Source of the DNA: Acytostelium subglobosum
Lineage: Eukaryota
Length of the DNA stretch: 64,000 nt
NCBI RefSeq assembly: GCF_000787575.1
Contig: NW_012236524.1
Coordinates: 743,665-807,664, forward strand
Direction of reading: 5' to 3'
Made by a program: the position numbers and the translations under genes. A model generated the notes under the pieces. It was not told the DNA's origin. It was given only the letters and a program-made list of their open reading frames with translations, and did not search any database. Position 1 is the stretch's first letter, and every line of letters begins with the position of its first letter. Positions 49,748-63,000 of the stretch are shown piece after piece.

Positions 49748-51868
49748 TTGTTTAGACTAGGATATAATAAAATGGCAACCAGAGTTTTGGAAAGGATATG
49801 GGAGGTGATGTACCCTTCAAAGGTACCTCCACTCGGTGAACCAGCCTTGCTAAGGTATCTGTGTCCAAACTATCACCACTCGACATCAACACAGACGATG
49901 ATAGATATGGTGCCAGACCTGCCATTCTACATATGGCGCAATATACTCAATTATTACATCTACAAGTTTTATCGCTACAATATCAAAGTGGACAACCAAG
50001 AGCGCGCCAACGGTCTGATCATCCAGGAATTGCTCGACCTGTGTATGGTGTCCAAGACCTGGGCGCGACACGTCATCCCCTTCCTCGACTTTGGCACCTA
50101 CCACGTCACGTCATCCGAGTCCCTTCGCCGCTTGCTCGGTCTTGTCACTACACAGGCTGAGGAGAGCGTGCCCTATAGCATCACGGCAATGAAGCTCGAC
50201 ATCTCGTCCGACCTCCTCTACTCAATCAATCATCGTAGTCGACACACGTTGCTAAAGAGCCTCACCGGCATGCGCCAGCTAAAGGTGTCATTCGGCAGCA
50301 TCAACGTCGAGCACAACAGTCCCATGTTGAAGCTGTTCCATACGAGTCTGCAGGTCCTGGACCTCACGCGCTTCACTCAAGACTTTACAAGCTATCCCAC
50401 AATCTTTGCCAGTCTACGCGGCCTCTCCAACCTGCACACGCTTAACCTTGGTCACAACAGGATCGGTCCAAACATCATCGATCACCTTGTGCCATTCATA
50501 GATGAACGCTCATCGCTAACCAACCTCAACCTGGAGAACAACCTGTTGGCCCACGAGGGTGGAGTGGCCCTGTTCAAGCTTCTTGCGAGACCAAACAATA
50601 TCGCCACACTCAATCTCTCGTTCAACCTCCTCATGGACTCGGTCCAATTTCTCGCCGACACGTTGCTTGGAGACTATGACGACCTCAATATGGGCGCAAG
50701 GGCACTGCGCAATCTGAACCTCGACGAGAATGGCATTGGTGAGGCGGGTGGCATGGCGTTGGCCCATATAATAGCCCATTGTCGAGGCATTCGCACGTTA
50801 AACATTGGCAACAATCGATTTGAGAAGGCATCGCTCAATGCCATAGTGGCGGCGCTCACTGACAACAACACGCTGTCCGACATCACATTGTCCTGTTACA
50901 ACAACAAGATGAGTGGACACTTGTTGGCCGCGTGCATCAAGTCCAACACGACACTCAAGCATCTGAACCTGATGGTCAACGACCTGGGCGCCATTGGCAA
51001 CGAGTTGTTCCGCGCACTCGAGGGCAACCGATCCGTGACCAACCTCAACCTCAGCTACACCAAGCTCAAGAACAACTCCAAGAGCGAGATGGAGCGCATG
51101 CTCGTCTCCAACACGAGCATCACCCAGCTGAACCTCTCATACGCCTTCTACGACTCGGACATCTCGTGCATCCTCCGCGCACTCACACTCAACAACACGC
51201 TCACCGATCTCGATCTCTCGCTCAACTCGATCGAAGCTGCCGAGGGTGTGCTGCTCGGCACGATGCTCCGCGACAACCAGTCCATAACTCATCTGAACCT
51301 GTCTGGCAACATGTTAAAGAGTGGCGTTGAGGACATCATCCGCGCACTCACCTCCAACAAGACATTGAGATCACTTGTGTTGCGCAAGAACCAAGTTGGC
51401 ACGGTCACCAAACGATTGTTATTCAATCTTATCTCGCAGAACAATGTGTTGACGCATCTCGATCTCAACCAGAACCTTCTGGACGATCAGGCCGGCCACG
51501 AGATCGCATGTGGACTGGCGCTGAACCAGACGCTGCTCTACCTGGACCTGTCGTGCAACAAGTTCCAAGAGGCATCGGGCGAGAGCTTCATCCAGACATT
51601 GAGCAACAACAATAGTTTACGCCACATCGATCTTGTTGGCAATCTATTCGGTCGATACCTATCCAATGAGTTGGATCAGAGGTACAGCTTCGTGCACATC
51701 GAGAATGATAAGAATGGACTTAAACTCAAGGCCACTGTTAGTACATTCGCTGTTACAGTTGGACCTGCTGCTCCAGGTGGTGGTGTTGGTGGTCAACCAA
51801 TGGGTAGACTCCAATCAATTGTCAATGGCATGGTTGCATTATTACGTCGACTCACATCACGATCCTAA
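49748..51868 (+). CDS. Leucine-rich-repeat protein of ribonuclease-inhibitor (RNI/NLRC-like) type, with a possible F-box-like N-terminal domain
   Basis: 706-aa ORF. After the N-terminal about 120 aa (...IWRNILNYYIYKF...LDLCMVSKTWARHVIPFL) come at least 14 tandem 28-aa LRR_RI repeats of the form LxxLxLSxNxLxDxGAxxLAxALxxN. Examples: LTNLNLENNLLAHEGGVALFKLL, LRNLNLDENGIGEAGGMALAHII, LTDLDLSLNSIEAAEGVLLGTML. Confidence 0.6.
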   Translation: MFRLGYNKMATRVLERIWEVMYPSKVPPLGEPALLRYLCPNYHHSTSTQTMIDMVPDLPFYIWRNILNYYIYKFYRYNIKVDNQERANGLIIQELLDLCMVSKTWARHVIPFLDFGTYHVTSSESLRRLLGLVTTQAEESVPYSITAMKLDISSDLLYSINHRSRHTLLKSLTGMRQLKVSFGSINVEHNSPMLKLFHTSLQVLDLTRFTQDFTSYPTIFASLRGLSNLHTLNLGHNRIGPNIIDHLVPFIDERSSLTNLNLENNLLAHEGGVALFKLLARPNNIATLNLSFNLLMDSVQFLADTLLGDYDDLNMGARALRNLNLDENGIGEAGGMALAHIIAHCRGIRTLNIGNNRFEKASLNAIVAALTDNNTLSDITLSCYNNKMSGHLLAACIKSNTTLKHLNLMVNDLGAIGNELFRALEGNRSVTNLNLSYTKLKNNSKSEMERMLVSNTSITQLNLSYAFYDSDISCILRALTLNNTLTDLDLSLNSIEAAEGVLLGTMLRDNQSITHLNLSGNMLKSGVEDIIRALTSNKTLRSLVLRKNQVGTVTKRLLFNLISQNNVLTHLDLNQNLLDDQAGHEIACGLALNQTLLYLDLSCNKFQEASGESFIQTLSNNNSLRHIDLVGNLFGRYLSNELDQRYSFVHIENDKNGLKLKATVSTFAVTVGPAAPGGGVGGQPMGRLQSIVNGMVALLRRLTSRS

Positions 51869-52082
51869 TTAATACAATGTCGTCAATCAAATCATTCAAT
51901 CAATCTTTGGGTTATTCATCAAAAATCGCATTTTCTTCGAATAAATCAGACTTTTGTGGACTCAAATGACAAGAAACAACTTCTCGATTGATGTCATTGC
52001 TTGTTTGTTCAACCATTTGACGACGTTCATTCATTTGACAAGATATTAGAGTTATATTAGTTATATTTATGTTTGTGGACCA

Positions 52083-55000
52083 TTGACCAAACAAGCAATG
52101 ACATCAATCGAGAAGTTGTTGGTACAGGGTATTAGAAGTTTCAATCCAGACGAATGTACTGTGATTGATTTCTACAAGCCATTGACATTGATAGTTGGTG
52201 CCAACGGTGCTGGTAAAACAGTATGTACCTGGGATCGATACATCATGCATGGTTCATTCAATCAATCAACTAACAAACGACCAAATGACAGACCATTATA
52301 GAATGCTTAAAGTATGCATCTACTGGTGAGATGCCACCTAATTGTGCGAATGGACAGGCATTCATACATGATCCAAAGATTGCAGGTAGTGCAGAGGTCA
52401 AAGCACAGATAAAGATGCGATTCAAGAATCCACATGGCAAGCCTATTGTAGCCACTAGGGCACTATGCCTCATTCAAAAGGCAATGAACAAACAAGAGTA
52501 CAGGCAACTGGATGCCTCATTACAGAGCTTCAATGCTGATGGACAAGTAAGTTTGATTGATTGATTGATTGATTGGATGATGGGCACACTGATACTAACT
52601 TATAATCACTCATTCAGAAAGTTAGCAAGAGTCTTAGATGTGGAGACTTGGATAAGGAGATACCAGAGTTGATGGGAGTGTCAAAGCCAGTGTTGAAGAA
52701 TGTGATCTTTTGTCATCAGGAGGAGTCTAATTGGCCATTGTCAGAGAGTGCAAAGTTAAAGGTCAAGTTTGATGAGATATTCAATGCGGTGCGCTACACC
52801 AAGGCACTAAAGTCAACAAAGGACAAGCGAAAGGATATCACGGCGTTGCTCAAGGAACAGAAGCTAAAGCTCGAGGTGGTCAGCACCAACAGGGACCACG
52901 CCACAAGGATCAGCAAGGAGATCGCGACCATGGAGGACAACCTCAAGAAGCTGAAGGACTTTGTCAAGCAGATGGCCGCACAGCTCAAAGAGAAGAGGGC
53001 CCAGCACGACACGATTGGCGCAGCCATGAAGCAGATTGAGACGGCATCGATTGAGCTCAAGACGATGGAGTCGCGCAAGATGGAAATTGAGCGCTCCAAG
53101 GACAGACTGTACAACTCACTGCAAGAGGTCTTTGAGGAGCCGGACGAGGAGCTCATCTTCATGGGCAAGTCATTCAACGATGAGATGGAGACCATGACAA
53201 AGGCCGAGGCAGACCTCACCGAAAACCTGGTCAAGCTGCAAACCGAGAAGGAAGCGCTGTCCACCAGAAAGAACAAGATCAGCATCGAGATTGGCAAGCT
53301 CGAGCAATTGATGAAGCAGGTCGAACAGCTCCAATCAAACCGCGACAAGCAGGCCGCCGACCTGCTCGACCGCTACAAGCTGCAGTTCGACAAGGACACA
53401 CAGTCGCCTGCCGAATTGATCGATGTGCTCAACGTGAAGCTCGAGGAGATATCGGCTGCGATCAAGTCCACTCAGACATCTTTCCAGACACGCATCGATC
53501 AGTGTGATGGCGAGGTGCAGAGCAACATTGCCCAGCGCCAGAAGCTCGAGGAGCGACTGTATCAGTATCAGTTGCAGATCGATGCCAACAACAAGAAGCT
53601 GGACGCACTCAAGATGGAGGCCAAGAAGGTGCAGTCGCTCAGTGAGCGTGCCAGCGAGTTCTTACAGGCCATCGACAGAGCCGAGCGCGAGATCGAGGCA
53701 CTCGAAGCCAAGCACTCAAGTGTGGACTATGAGCAACAGATTGCCAAATCGATCAAGCAGCGCGAGGACATAGAGGCGAGCATGACATCAATGCGCGATC
53801 TTATCAAAGTGGCCAACACACAGTCTTCCGCGCGCACAAAGCTCGCCGTCAAGAAGAATGATCTGAGCAAGAGGCACGCAACACACGACGCGGCACTCAA
53901 TGACAACAGACAGTTGATCAGCGAGCTGTTTGAAGGCGAGCCCGACATTGACATGCACAAGCTGCGGGACCATGTCCACGCGCGAATCGAGCAGCTGGAC
54001 AGCGAGCGCAACGAGAAGAACGAGGAGCATACTGACATCACGCATCAGATCAGTCAAATTGAGAGCGAGCTAAAGATGGTGCAACAAGAGAGGAACAACA
54101 AGCAGGCACAGGTCAAGGCGCTCGAGAAGAAGCTGAGCGATCTGGACGAGAAGGACCGCACGGACTTGGCCAGCATCATCGAGCAACTCGCTCACAACCT
54201 GCATCAGTTGGAGCGATCACATACCATCCTCGAGTCTGAAGACGTGTTGTACAAGGAGTACATCGACAAAGCTCACTCAGAGAGTGAGTGTGGCCTGTGC
54301 AAGCGATCAATGGCTGGCGACGAGATGGATGAGTTTGTGCAGCGACTCAAGACTCACACGGACGACCTCCCCACCAAGCTGGACGAGATCACCACCAACA
54401 TACAGACGACACGTGATCGCCTCAAACGATTAAGCGAAGCCAAGCCACACAACGACCAGTTGATACAACTCACCCAGGTGGACATTGTCGCGCTAATCAA
54501 ACGCGAGAAGGAGATCAATCAGAGCATGTCGGACAACCTGCAGCCCATGAAGAAGGAGCTCAGCCAGCAACTATCAGTCTTGGATCAAAAGCTAAAGATG
54601 GCTGCCAAGCTAGCGGTTGTGGCATCATCACAATCAACGCTGCTCAATGAGATCACTCAGCTCGAGAAGGATATTGCCGCCGAGGAGAAGTCACTCGGTG
54701 GTGGCAGCTCAGCGGACACACGATCAGCCGAGCAACTGAACCACGAGTACGACACAATGGTTCAACAATACAACTCGATACGAAGCGATATTGAACGGCT
54801 GGAGGCCGAGCTGAAGAAGTACCGCGCCGAGCTCTACACACATCAACAGGCGATATTGTCGTGTCGCGAGAACATCTCTGCGGAGAAGGGGTCGACCGAG
54901 ATCCTTGAGCGCATCAGACAGAGTGAGAAGGAGTTGTTGGCGACCGTTGACCAGCTGCGCCAGACCGTGAGCTCGATCAACGTTGAGCTGGACACTCTGA

Positions 55001-56238
55001 AGCAGCAGTTCACCACGGACAATGAGCAGTTGCAATTGCTCAGGAGTCAACTGGAGGCCAAGTCCTCGGCGCTTACCAAGGAGAAGACGTTGTTCTCAAA
55101 CAAGCTTGTGACGCTCAGGAACATCCAGACGCAGATTCCTCAGGATGCAGACCAACACAAGCTCAAACTGGAACAACTACTCGAGGAGAACATTGGCATT
55201 GACACCCAGATCAAAAACATCAACGAAGACTACTCAAAGGGCAGCGGACACATCGACTCGATCAGAAGTAACCTGGCGCAACGCGATATTTACAAGCGAA
55301 CGATCAATGACAACATCCAATACAGGCAGCTCAAGAACAACTGCGACACACTCAATGCACAGATTGCCAAGAAGAAGGCTGCAGTGGCTGCAGTAATCTC
55401 GCCAGAGGACCAGGCCACGCACAAGACACTGGCTGAGGAGATCAGCAACTTGAAGACCAGAGTCGACAAGGCCAGTGGACAAGTCGAGGCCAACGAACAG
55501 CACATCAAGTCTTCACAGGCCGAGCTCAACAAGCCCACGTACAAGGACATCGATGTGACGTATCGCGACATGATCATTTACGCCGAGGTGTTGGACCAGA
55601 CGGGCAAGGACTTGGACAAGTACTACAGGGCACTGGACAAGGCTTTGATGAAGTACCACGTGCTCAAGATGCTAGAGATCAACAGGTCGATCCGCGAGCT
55701 ATGGACATCGACCTACCGAGGCAATGATATCGACACGATTGAGATTCGCTCAGAGGAGTCGACCGCCGCCAACAAGACAATCAACTACCGTGTGGTCATG
55801 GTCAAGGGCGATGTTGAGCTGGACATGAGAGGCAGATGTAGTGCTGGCCAAAAGGTGTTGGCCTGTCTAATTATCCGTCTGGCACTGGCCGAGAACTTCT
55901 GTACCAACTGTGGCATCTTGGCGCTGGATGAGCCAACATCACATTTGGATCGCGCCAACATTGAGAGCTTTGCCAATGCACTGCTAAACATTATCGAGGC
56001 CAAGAAGTCGCATGCTGGCTTCCAACTGATCATCATCACTCACGACGAAGAGTTTGTCCAGTACCTCAGCAGAGGTAACTATGCAGACTATGTTTGGAAG
56101 GTCACGAAGGATGCAAAGTAAGTAGCACACTATATCTTGTTTGATTGATTGATCATTTATCTAACCAACCCAATCACATCACTCAATCTCAATAGCCAAC
56201 ACAGTGCAGTCGAAAAGAAGGAGATATCCAAGATGTAA
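52083..56238 (+). CDS. rad50: RAD50 (SMC-like DNA repair ATPase with zinc hook), 3-4 exons. Proposed exons: join(52083..52220,52292..52546,52618..56117[,56196..56238]).
   Basis: Walker A: [20 protein letters not shown] intron leads to [24 protein letters not shown] intron leads to the long exon: ...[18 protein letters not shown], very long coiled coils, the zinc hook ([16 protein letters not shown]), the signature ([20 protein letters not shown]), Walker B ([12 protein letters not shown]) and [10 protein letters not shown]. The final short exon is uncertain (the CDS may end at 56121). Confidence 0.85.
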
Positions 56239-56700
56239 TCGAGTCCGACCATCAACCAACAACCAATACAACATTGTACATTTCATCTAATCTTTGAGAT
56301 ATATCTGTTTCCAGAATGATTTATTGAGTCGCAACATGGTCATCTTAATGTTCCTGCTGTCTCTTTCTCATTGATTGTTTCTTGAACAAGAAGCTAGAGT
56401 GGATGCCACTGGACCAGTGTTTGTTTCATTTGAGCTCCATTGGACATGTTTGTGCAGCCAAAGGATGGTTGAATACCTGCTGCAACTCTGCAAGGAACAT
56501 GAGGTGTCTTAAGGACAGAGTCATGGCCATCATTGATTGAAGTAAACAATGTATTAATGTCCAATTGTCAGGTACACTGAACCAAATGCATCTTCGGTGG
56601 CACGTTGCTTAATGTACCTCTGCTTGAAACCTCCAGCAGCTGATTGTGTTTGATTTCTGGAAGGAAGTGGACATGTTAACAAGGTGAAAGAGAAAGTGAG

Positions 56701-57922
56701 TCAAATGGGGAGTATAATATAGTACACATACGGTATATGATTCTTCAAAGCCATCTCATCCATCTTGAATCCCTCCAGAGGTGTAGGCTCAGCGAATGGA
56801 GGTGGTTGTCTGTTTTGTTGATCATTTCCACCTCCAGGTGGCGCGTTGCCAGCCTGTGGCATGGATCCAGGTTTGCCAGACACTTGGTAGTTGAATCCAG
56901 ACGATTGGGCATTGCTAGATGATGCCACAGTGGCCATGCGATCATCATCGTCATCGGGCAAGATCGACGTTGCACTCTCCAACTTCTTGGCGGCGGCAGC
57001 AGCCTTGCTTGAGGCCTCGGCAAATGTCAACATCTCCTTCTGTCTCTCCTCCTCACGCTTCTTCCTATCAATCTCCTTTACGTCCTTGGCCGATATCTTA
57101 CCATCGGCCAAGTCATTCATTGTCTTTAGCGTCTCTGCCTGTCTGGCGGCCATCTCCTGCTGATCCTGCATGCGATAGAAATTCCTCTTCTCCTCACGTA
57201 TCCTCTGCTCCTCGGCAATGGATGCGGCGATCAAAGAGTCCTCCCTCTCCTTCTTTGCTCTATTCTCTGATATCGATTGTTGATTCGTCCTTTGATATTC
57301 CTTTATCCTTTGTTGTGCTGTGGCAGCCTCCTCTCCACCCTGTAGCAATTGGAATACTTTTGATTGTTTGGAAGTTAGTTCCAGTTCCTGGACCAGTCTC
57401 CATCATGTCCACAAAGTAAAGGATTGTTACATACTTATATCTTCAACCAACTCCAGGTAGTTATTATATTCGAATAAGTCTGTGAAGTTATCCTGTCTCT
57501 TGTTGAACCTGCGTTTGATTGAATTGTTGAGTGATGAGTCCATGACCCAGGTCCGAGGCACATTATTACCGATACATACGTCTTTAATACAGTCTTTCTT
57601 GTTTGGTTCTCTTTGTCATTGGCACCATCATCGAATCGTTGATTGACGAATGCCTGTCTTCTAAGAGGTGATGCGCACTCCTTGCACATAATAACCTGAT
57701 CCTTCTTATATGCTGCATCTATACATGTTTCACAACTAAATCATCATCAAAGTAACATTGTAAGCCATCATTCAATCATTCATTCATCTAATCATTCAAT
57801 CATTCAATCATTCATTCATCATCAACATACTAAATATGCCCACAAGGAGCAGTCAACAGCTTTGTATTTGGATTGATGTAACGACTTGATTTACATATTA
57901 TACACTCCTCATCATCATTCAT
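56701..57922 (-). CDS. mnat1: MAT1 (CDK-activating kinase assembly factor, RING finger), at least 4 exons
   Basis: Start MNDDEECIICKSSRYINPNTKLLTAPCGHI, minus-strand ATG at 57922-57920 (human [28 protein letters not shown]). Next exon: CETCIDAAYKKDQVIMCKECASPLRRQAFVNQRFDDGANDKENQTRKTVLKT (human [37 protein letters not shown]). Next: FNKRQDNFTDLFEYNNYLELVEDI (human [24 protein letters not shown]). A coiled-coil exon follows (56701..57348). GTATGT introns throughout. Confidence 0.75.
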
Positions 57923-58250
57923 TCTTTACTCTATCTATCTTCTTTATATATATGTACACTTGATCAATGATTGATGTTGATTGAGTTGATTGAATGAAGT
58001 TGAAGTTAGAGGTAATGATGAAATGAAGGAAGTTCGAAAATATAAAAATTGATTTTTTTTTTGTTCATCACACTCCACTCGAATGCGAGCGAGACCTGCT
58101 CGCGAATGTTAAAACATACGATTGTTTGACATTCAAACACTTTGTTTGTCAGCATCCTCACAGATAGATACAGATAACTTTCTTATATTTATTATAAATA
58201 ATAATATATAATAATAATATCCAACCTAATAACACTATTTGATTTCAAAG

Positions 58251-59517
58251 ATGGTAGGAATCATATCTTAACCCATGTCCAACCCCCTTTAACAAGGGCC
58301 TGCCCTACTTGATGACCCGCCATCACAAGTCCCTTTAACATCATAACGCTTTAAAAGACACACCCTTAAATATTGGAGTGATTGTATGCGTTTGTTTTGG
58401 GGATGGTCGTCAACGTAGTCTCAAGGCACAAGTGTTGCGTACTGGAAAGCATTACTCCTTATCAAATCTCAGAAACAAGTATCACAACTGACTGAGCTGC
58501 GCGCGCGATCGAGGAGGAGGAAGGAAGGAGTGCTCAAAACGTTGTGACACACCAAGATAAATGGGCGTCATTCTTACCAAGTTCTGTTTCTCTCTCTTTT
58601 TGTTACTTTAGGGTTTCGTTAAGATCGTTAAGAGCAAGGCTTACTTCAAGAGATTCCAGGTCCACTTCAGAAGAAGACGTGAGGGAAAGACTGACTACCA
58701 GCAGAGACACCGCCTGATCCAGCAGGACAAGAACAAGTACAACTCGCCCAAGTACAGACTTGTCGCCCGTATCACCAACAAGAAGGTCATCGCCCAGATC
58801 ATCTACTCCAAGATCGTCGGTGATTTCGTCCTCTCGTCGGCCTACTCCAACGAGTTGCCACGCTACGGTATCACCGTTGGTTTGACCAACTACGCCGCCG
58901 CCTACGCCACCGGACTGTTGCTGGCCCGTCGTCTGCTCACCCAGCTCAAGCTGAACGACATCTACAAGGGACAGGAGAAGGTCACTGGCGACGACTTCCT
59001 CGTCAAGCCCGTCGACGAGAAGCCACGTCCATTCAAGGCCTTCCTCGATGTCGGTCTCACCCGTACCTCCACTGGTAACAAGGTGTTCGCCGTCATGAAG
59101 GGTGCCTGCGATGGTGGTCTCTACGTTCCACACAAGAAGACCCGTTTCGTTGGATACAACGCCGAGACCAAGAAGCTCAACGCCGACGTCCTCCGCAAGT
59201 ACATCTTCGGCAACCACGTCGCTGAGCACATGAAGCTTCTCCAGACTGAGTCCGAGGAGGACTACAAGAAGCACTACAGCCAGTACATCAAGGCCAACAT
59301 TGGTCCAAAGGACCTCGAAGCCTTGTACACCAAGGCTCATGCTGCCATCCGCAAGGACCCATCGCCAGCCAAGAAGGGCGAGAAGAAGCCTTCCGACCCC
59401 AAGTTCGCCAAGAAGGCCAAGCGTACCCTCCGCCAGCGCAGAACCAGAATCAACCTCATCAAGAAGTCCATCGAGAAGAGAGTTGGTGTCAACCCATCTG
59501 CTGCCGCCGAGAACTAA
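58251..59517 (+). CDS. rpl5: 60S ribosomal protein L5 (uL18). The start codon is split from the body by a 358-nt intron right after the ATG. Proposed exons: join(58251..58253,58612..59517).
   Basis: The main exon encodes [86 protein letters not shown]...[17 protein letters not shown]. It is preceded by a TTACTTTAG acceptor. The only upstream ATG with a GT donor is ATG|GTAGGA at 58251. It would supply Met before Gly-Phe-Val, as in RPL5 MGFVK. Confidence 0.7.
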
Positions 59518-60047
59518 TAAACCAACCTTCAATCATTGTGTTGTCAGCGCATTGTGTACCTCAACCTGGAGGGGAACATTGCGTTGTCGCCATGTGATGT
59601 GATGTGCATGTGAGTGTTGTCAAGGCCTTCCCTTGCCTTCAACCTCTTTCATCCACCAACTACCCTCCCTGACTACTCTGTAGACAAGTGTCTTGACTAC
59701 GTCTCCTCGTGTCTTTAATCACAAAGGGCAGGGGCTTCTATGATTTTTTTTTTTTGATCAACACACACCAACACCTTTTCAGATTTTTTCGATTCAACCC
59801 ATAAGATGGATGGTCCCACCATCAGTTAAAATATCTTTGGGGTCTAAGTATCCAGGAGTAGGGGCTAGATTGATATCCAGGGGCACTCGATGTCAGGTGC
59901 AAAGTATTGATCAATTAATAACTACATAATTGATTCTATCAATGTACCAAACTATCTTGGTCCCTACTTGACACTTTGATCATCTTCATCTCAAACATAT
60001 CAATCAATCAATAATATATCTAACAAGTAATAATAGATTGAACAAAG

Positions 60048-63000
60048 ATGAGTAAACTGATAACTATCATAACAATACTTCAATTGTTATTATTAATAAT
60101 CAATTATAATGGTAATATATTTTAATTTATGTAATATTTGGAATTAATATTAACAAATAATATATATTATTAGGTTTAATCAAAGGACAAACATTAATAG
60201 CATCAAATCTTTATGGATTCTATAATAATATGTTGGGAGTTGGTTGCTCTTATGCGATGATATTGACATTCAATACTACAAAGGTGATAAAAGAGAATTG
60301 GTTGAGATATAACATAGAGTATCAGAGTATTGAATATGCTACACAGACCCAGACCATTCAAATACGCAACTTCTTCACCTCCTATGGCACCGACATACTT
60401 CAAGGTTCAGTAATCTACGAAGACAACACATTCACCAACTTTACAACATCTTTCTCATGTCCAGGTATGTCTAATTTGATAGATAAGTCACTGGAATCAT
60501 CCCACTCACGCTTAATCAATTGATCAATCAATCATAGCACCAGACACCAAGTTGGGCGTGAATATCTTGACTCCTTTGGTGTACAATAGAGTCAATCCTT
60601 ATGTAGAGTATAGGGAGAATCTGCCTCAGTTGTTCTTGACCAGAAAGGCTGGACATAGAGTATCAGCACCATCACAATCAATATTTATAGATATAATGTA
60701 TTATAAGTTCTATGTATCGATTGATCATCCATCATGGTTACCTACAAACTATTATGGTTGTCAAGTAGATGGATATTTATGTGATATTCAATTCGATTCA
60801 TTCACTCCATCAGGTAATCAAACTATATGTTTGGTTGGATTGGTACCAATACCCACCAACGTCCAGTTTGACAACAGGAACAATGTGCACCTGACCATCT
60901 TTGATCAGGTAGAGAGAAAGTACGACGTCTTCATATCCAGCTACCCCTTCACACGCATTACATCATCCAACTCAGTCAACCCCAATGTTACAGCGATTGA
61001 AGTACTGCCTGACCCATCATATGGTCCAGTGTCATATACATCTCAGTTCACCTATGCAACAATGATCAACTCTACTTCAATAACCAACTATGTCGCCAAA
61101 GTCAACACACGTTATGTATATGGTGCGTCAATGAAGCGAGTACTTGGATCACCCGAGACAACAACAGTGACAGTCGTGCCAGGTCGAGTCAGTTCATCAC
61201 AATACAACTATGTATATCATTCCAACGGAACTGGAGGATACACAGAAGTCGGTCCCAGCGTTAACTATTACATCAGTAAGTATGGAACTATTCCATCCCT
61301 CAATCAATCACATACTCACTCTCACCCACTCATTCAATTAATCAATCATTATAGAACCTTGGAATGGAAATCAACTTATTCGACCATTCAATATGAGTCT
61401 GACTCCAAGTCCATCAGTACCAATAATTAATTTATTGAATGTACGTGCTGATATAATGTTGATGACAGATTTCACAATGATGTTCCAGAGCAGAGTTGGC
61501 GAGGATGTATCAAGTTCTGAGCCATTCCCATTTGGATACACATCCAACTCCAACACATCCAATCTACCATTCTCAGTCACATTCCCAGTCAGTACCTACA
61601 ATCCCCAACTCATACTCTATTTCACCAGTCCAGCAGTTTGGTACAGTGACCTCATAGACAACATCAATCCACCACCCATCAATGGTAAGTTGATTGATTG
61701 ATCCATCGAATGGAATGATTCCAATACTAACTTAATCTATCAATGATAGACACTGATCCACCCATAATCTTGAACATGACAATAGTACCAATATCACAAT
61801 TTAAGTATTTGATCATTGTGGAGATCATTGATGACTTGAGTGGCTTCCAATATTTGGCGCTTGAGTATCATAACCCAACAAAACATGTTGTAATCACTTC
61901 ATCAGACTTGGTCCATGGCAACAACAAACATGGTATATACGAGAAGATCGTCAACAATCATGAGAACATATTGACAGAGTTCAAATGGTTCTTGATCAAG
62001 GACAATGCAGGCAACACCAGAGATCTCCCAGGCTGGGATGACTACCCTTTCTTCTTCAACAACCGTTTACAAAACGTCAACATGTATTCACCAACCAGTA
62101 TGTACCTACCCCTCAGATAGGCACACTATGTAATCATTCCCTAACCAAACATTATGATGATTTAGTTACCATCACTGTCAACGACATTACAATGTTCTAC
62201 TTCAACTACACTCATATGGATGTTAGTCTATCAACATTGGAGAATGAGTTGTATTTTAATACTACAAAGAATGATGTGAATTGGAAGCCAGAGTTCACAT
62301 TCGGTCATATCGAGGAGAATAGGTTATACACGGCATTCGGCTACTACGATCATGTTAGACAACATTACATAGTACCGTTCACAGTTCCAGCTCGTACCTT
62401 CACGACCACACTCCAATACTACATAGTCGCTCAGCCCAGACGCATTGACTACAGTCAACTCGCGTTGGACTTCCCGTCCAATACCACGGTCGAGGTAGTT
62501 TCATCATGTAAGTATATGATTTATTGAGTGACTGGAATCATTCTAAATATTAGCTCACTCACGCATTCATTCAATCAATCAGATGGAGACGAGTTGCCAC
62601 CCATGATCACATTCATAGAGACTTATTCTGGAAATGTTGTGGATGTCGATGTTGATGAGACTGTGACTATTGGATGGAGATTCATGATTGAGGATAGACC
62701 TAATGGATTCGCCAGAGGTTCATTCAATGTTACAAGTGATGTAGATTATCTTGTTAGACACTTTGATATATCTTTCATCAATGCAACATATGGTACAAGA
62801 TACTTTGGCCATTATCAAATATTATTCAACGTCACTGGAGCATACCGTAATCAAACATTCTCATTCAAAGATATTATATTGGAGGATATACTTGGTAACA
62901 AGCACAACTATTCATCATTGGAGGACAATAGAGAGTTCAACTTAGTATCATCTACACTCACACCACTATCCAGAGTGATGAACTCCACTGAACTCAGTAT

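Noticed and set aside
58603-59532. Minus-strand 309-aa ORF covering the RPL5 region
   Set aside because: It is antisense to the highly conserved ribosomal protein L5 coding exon. Its repetitive Leu/Gly/Val composition is artefactual.
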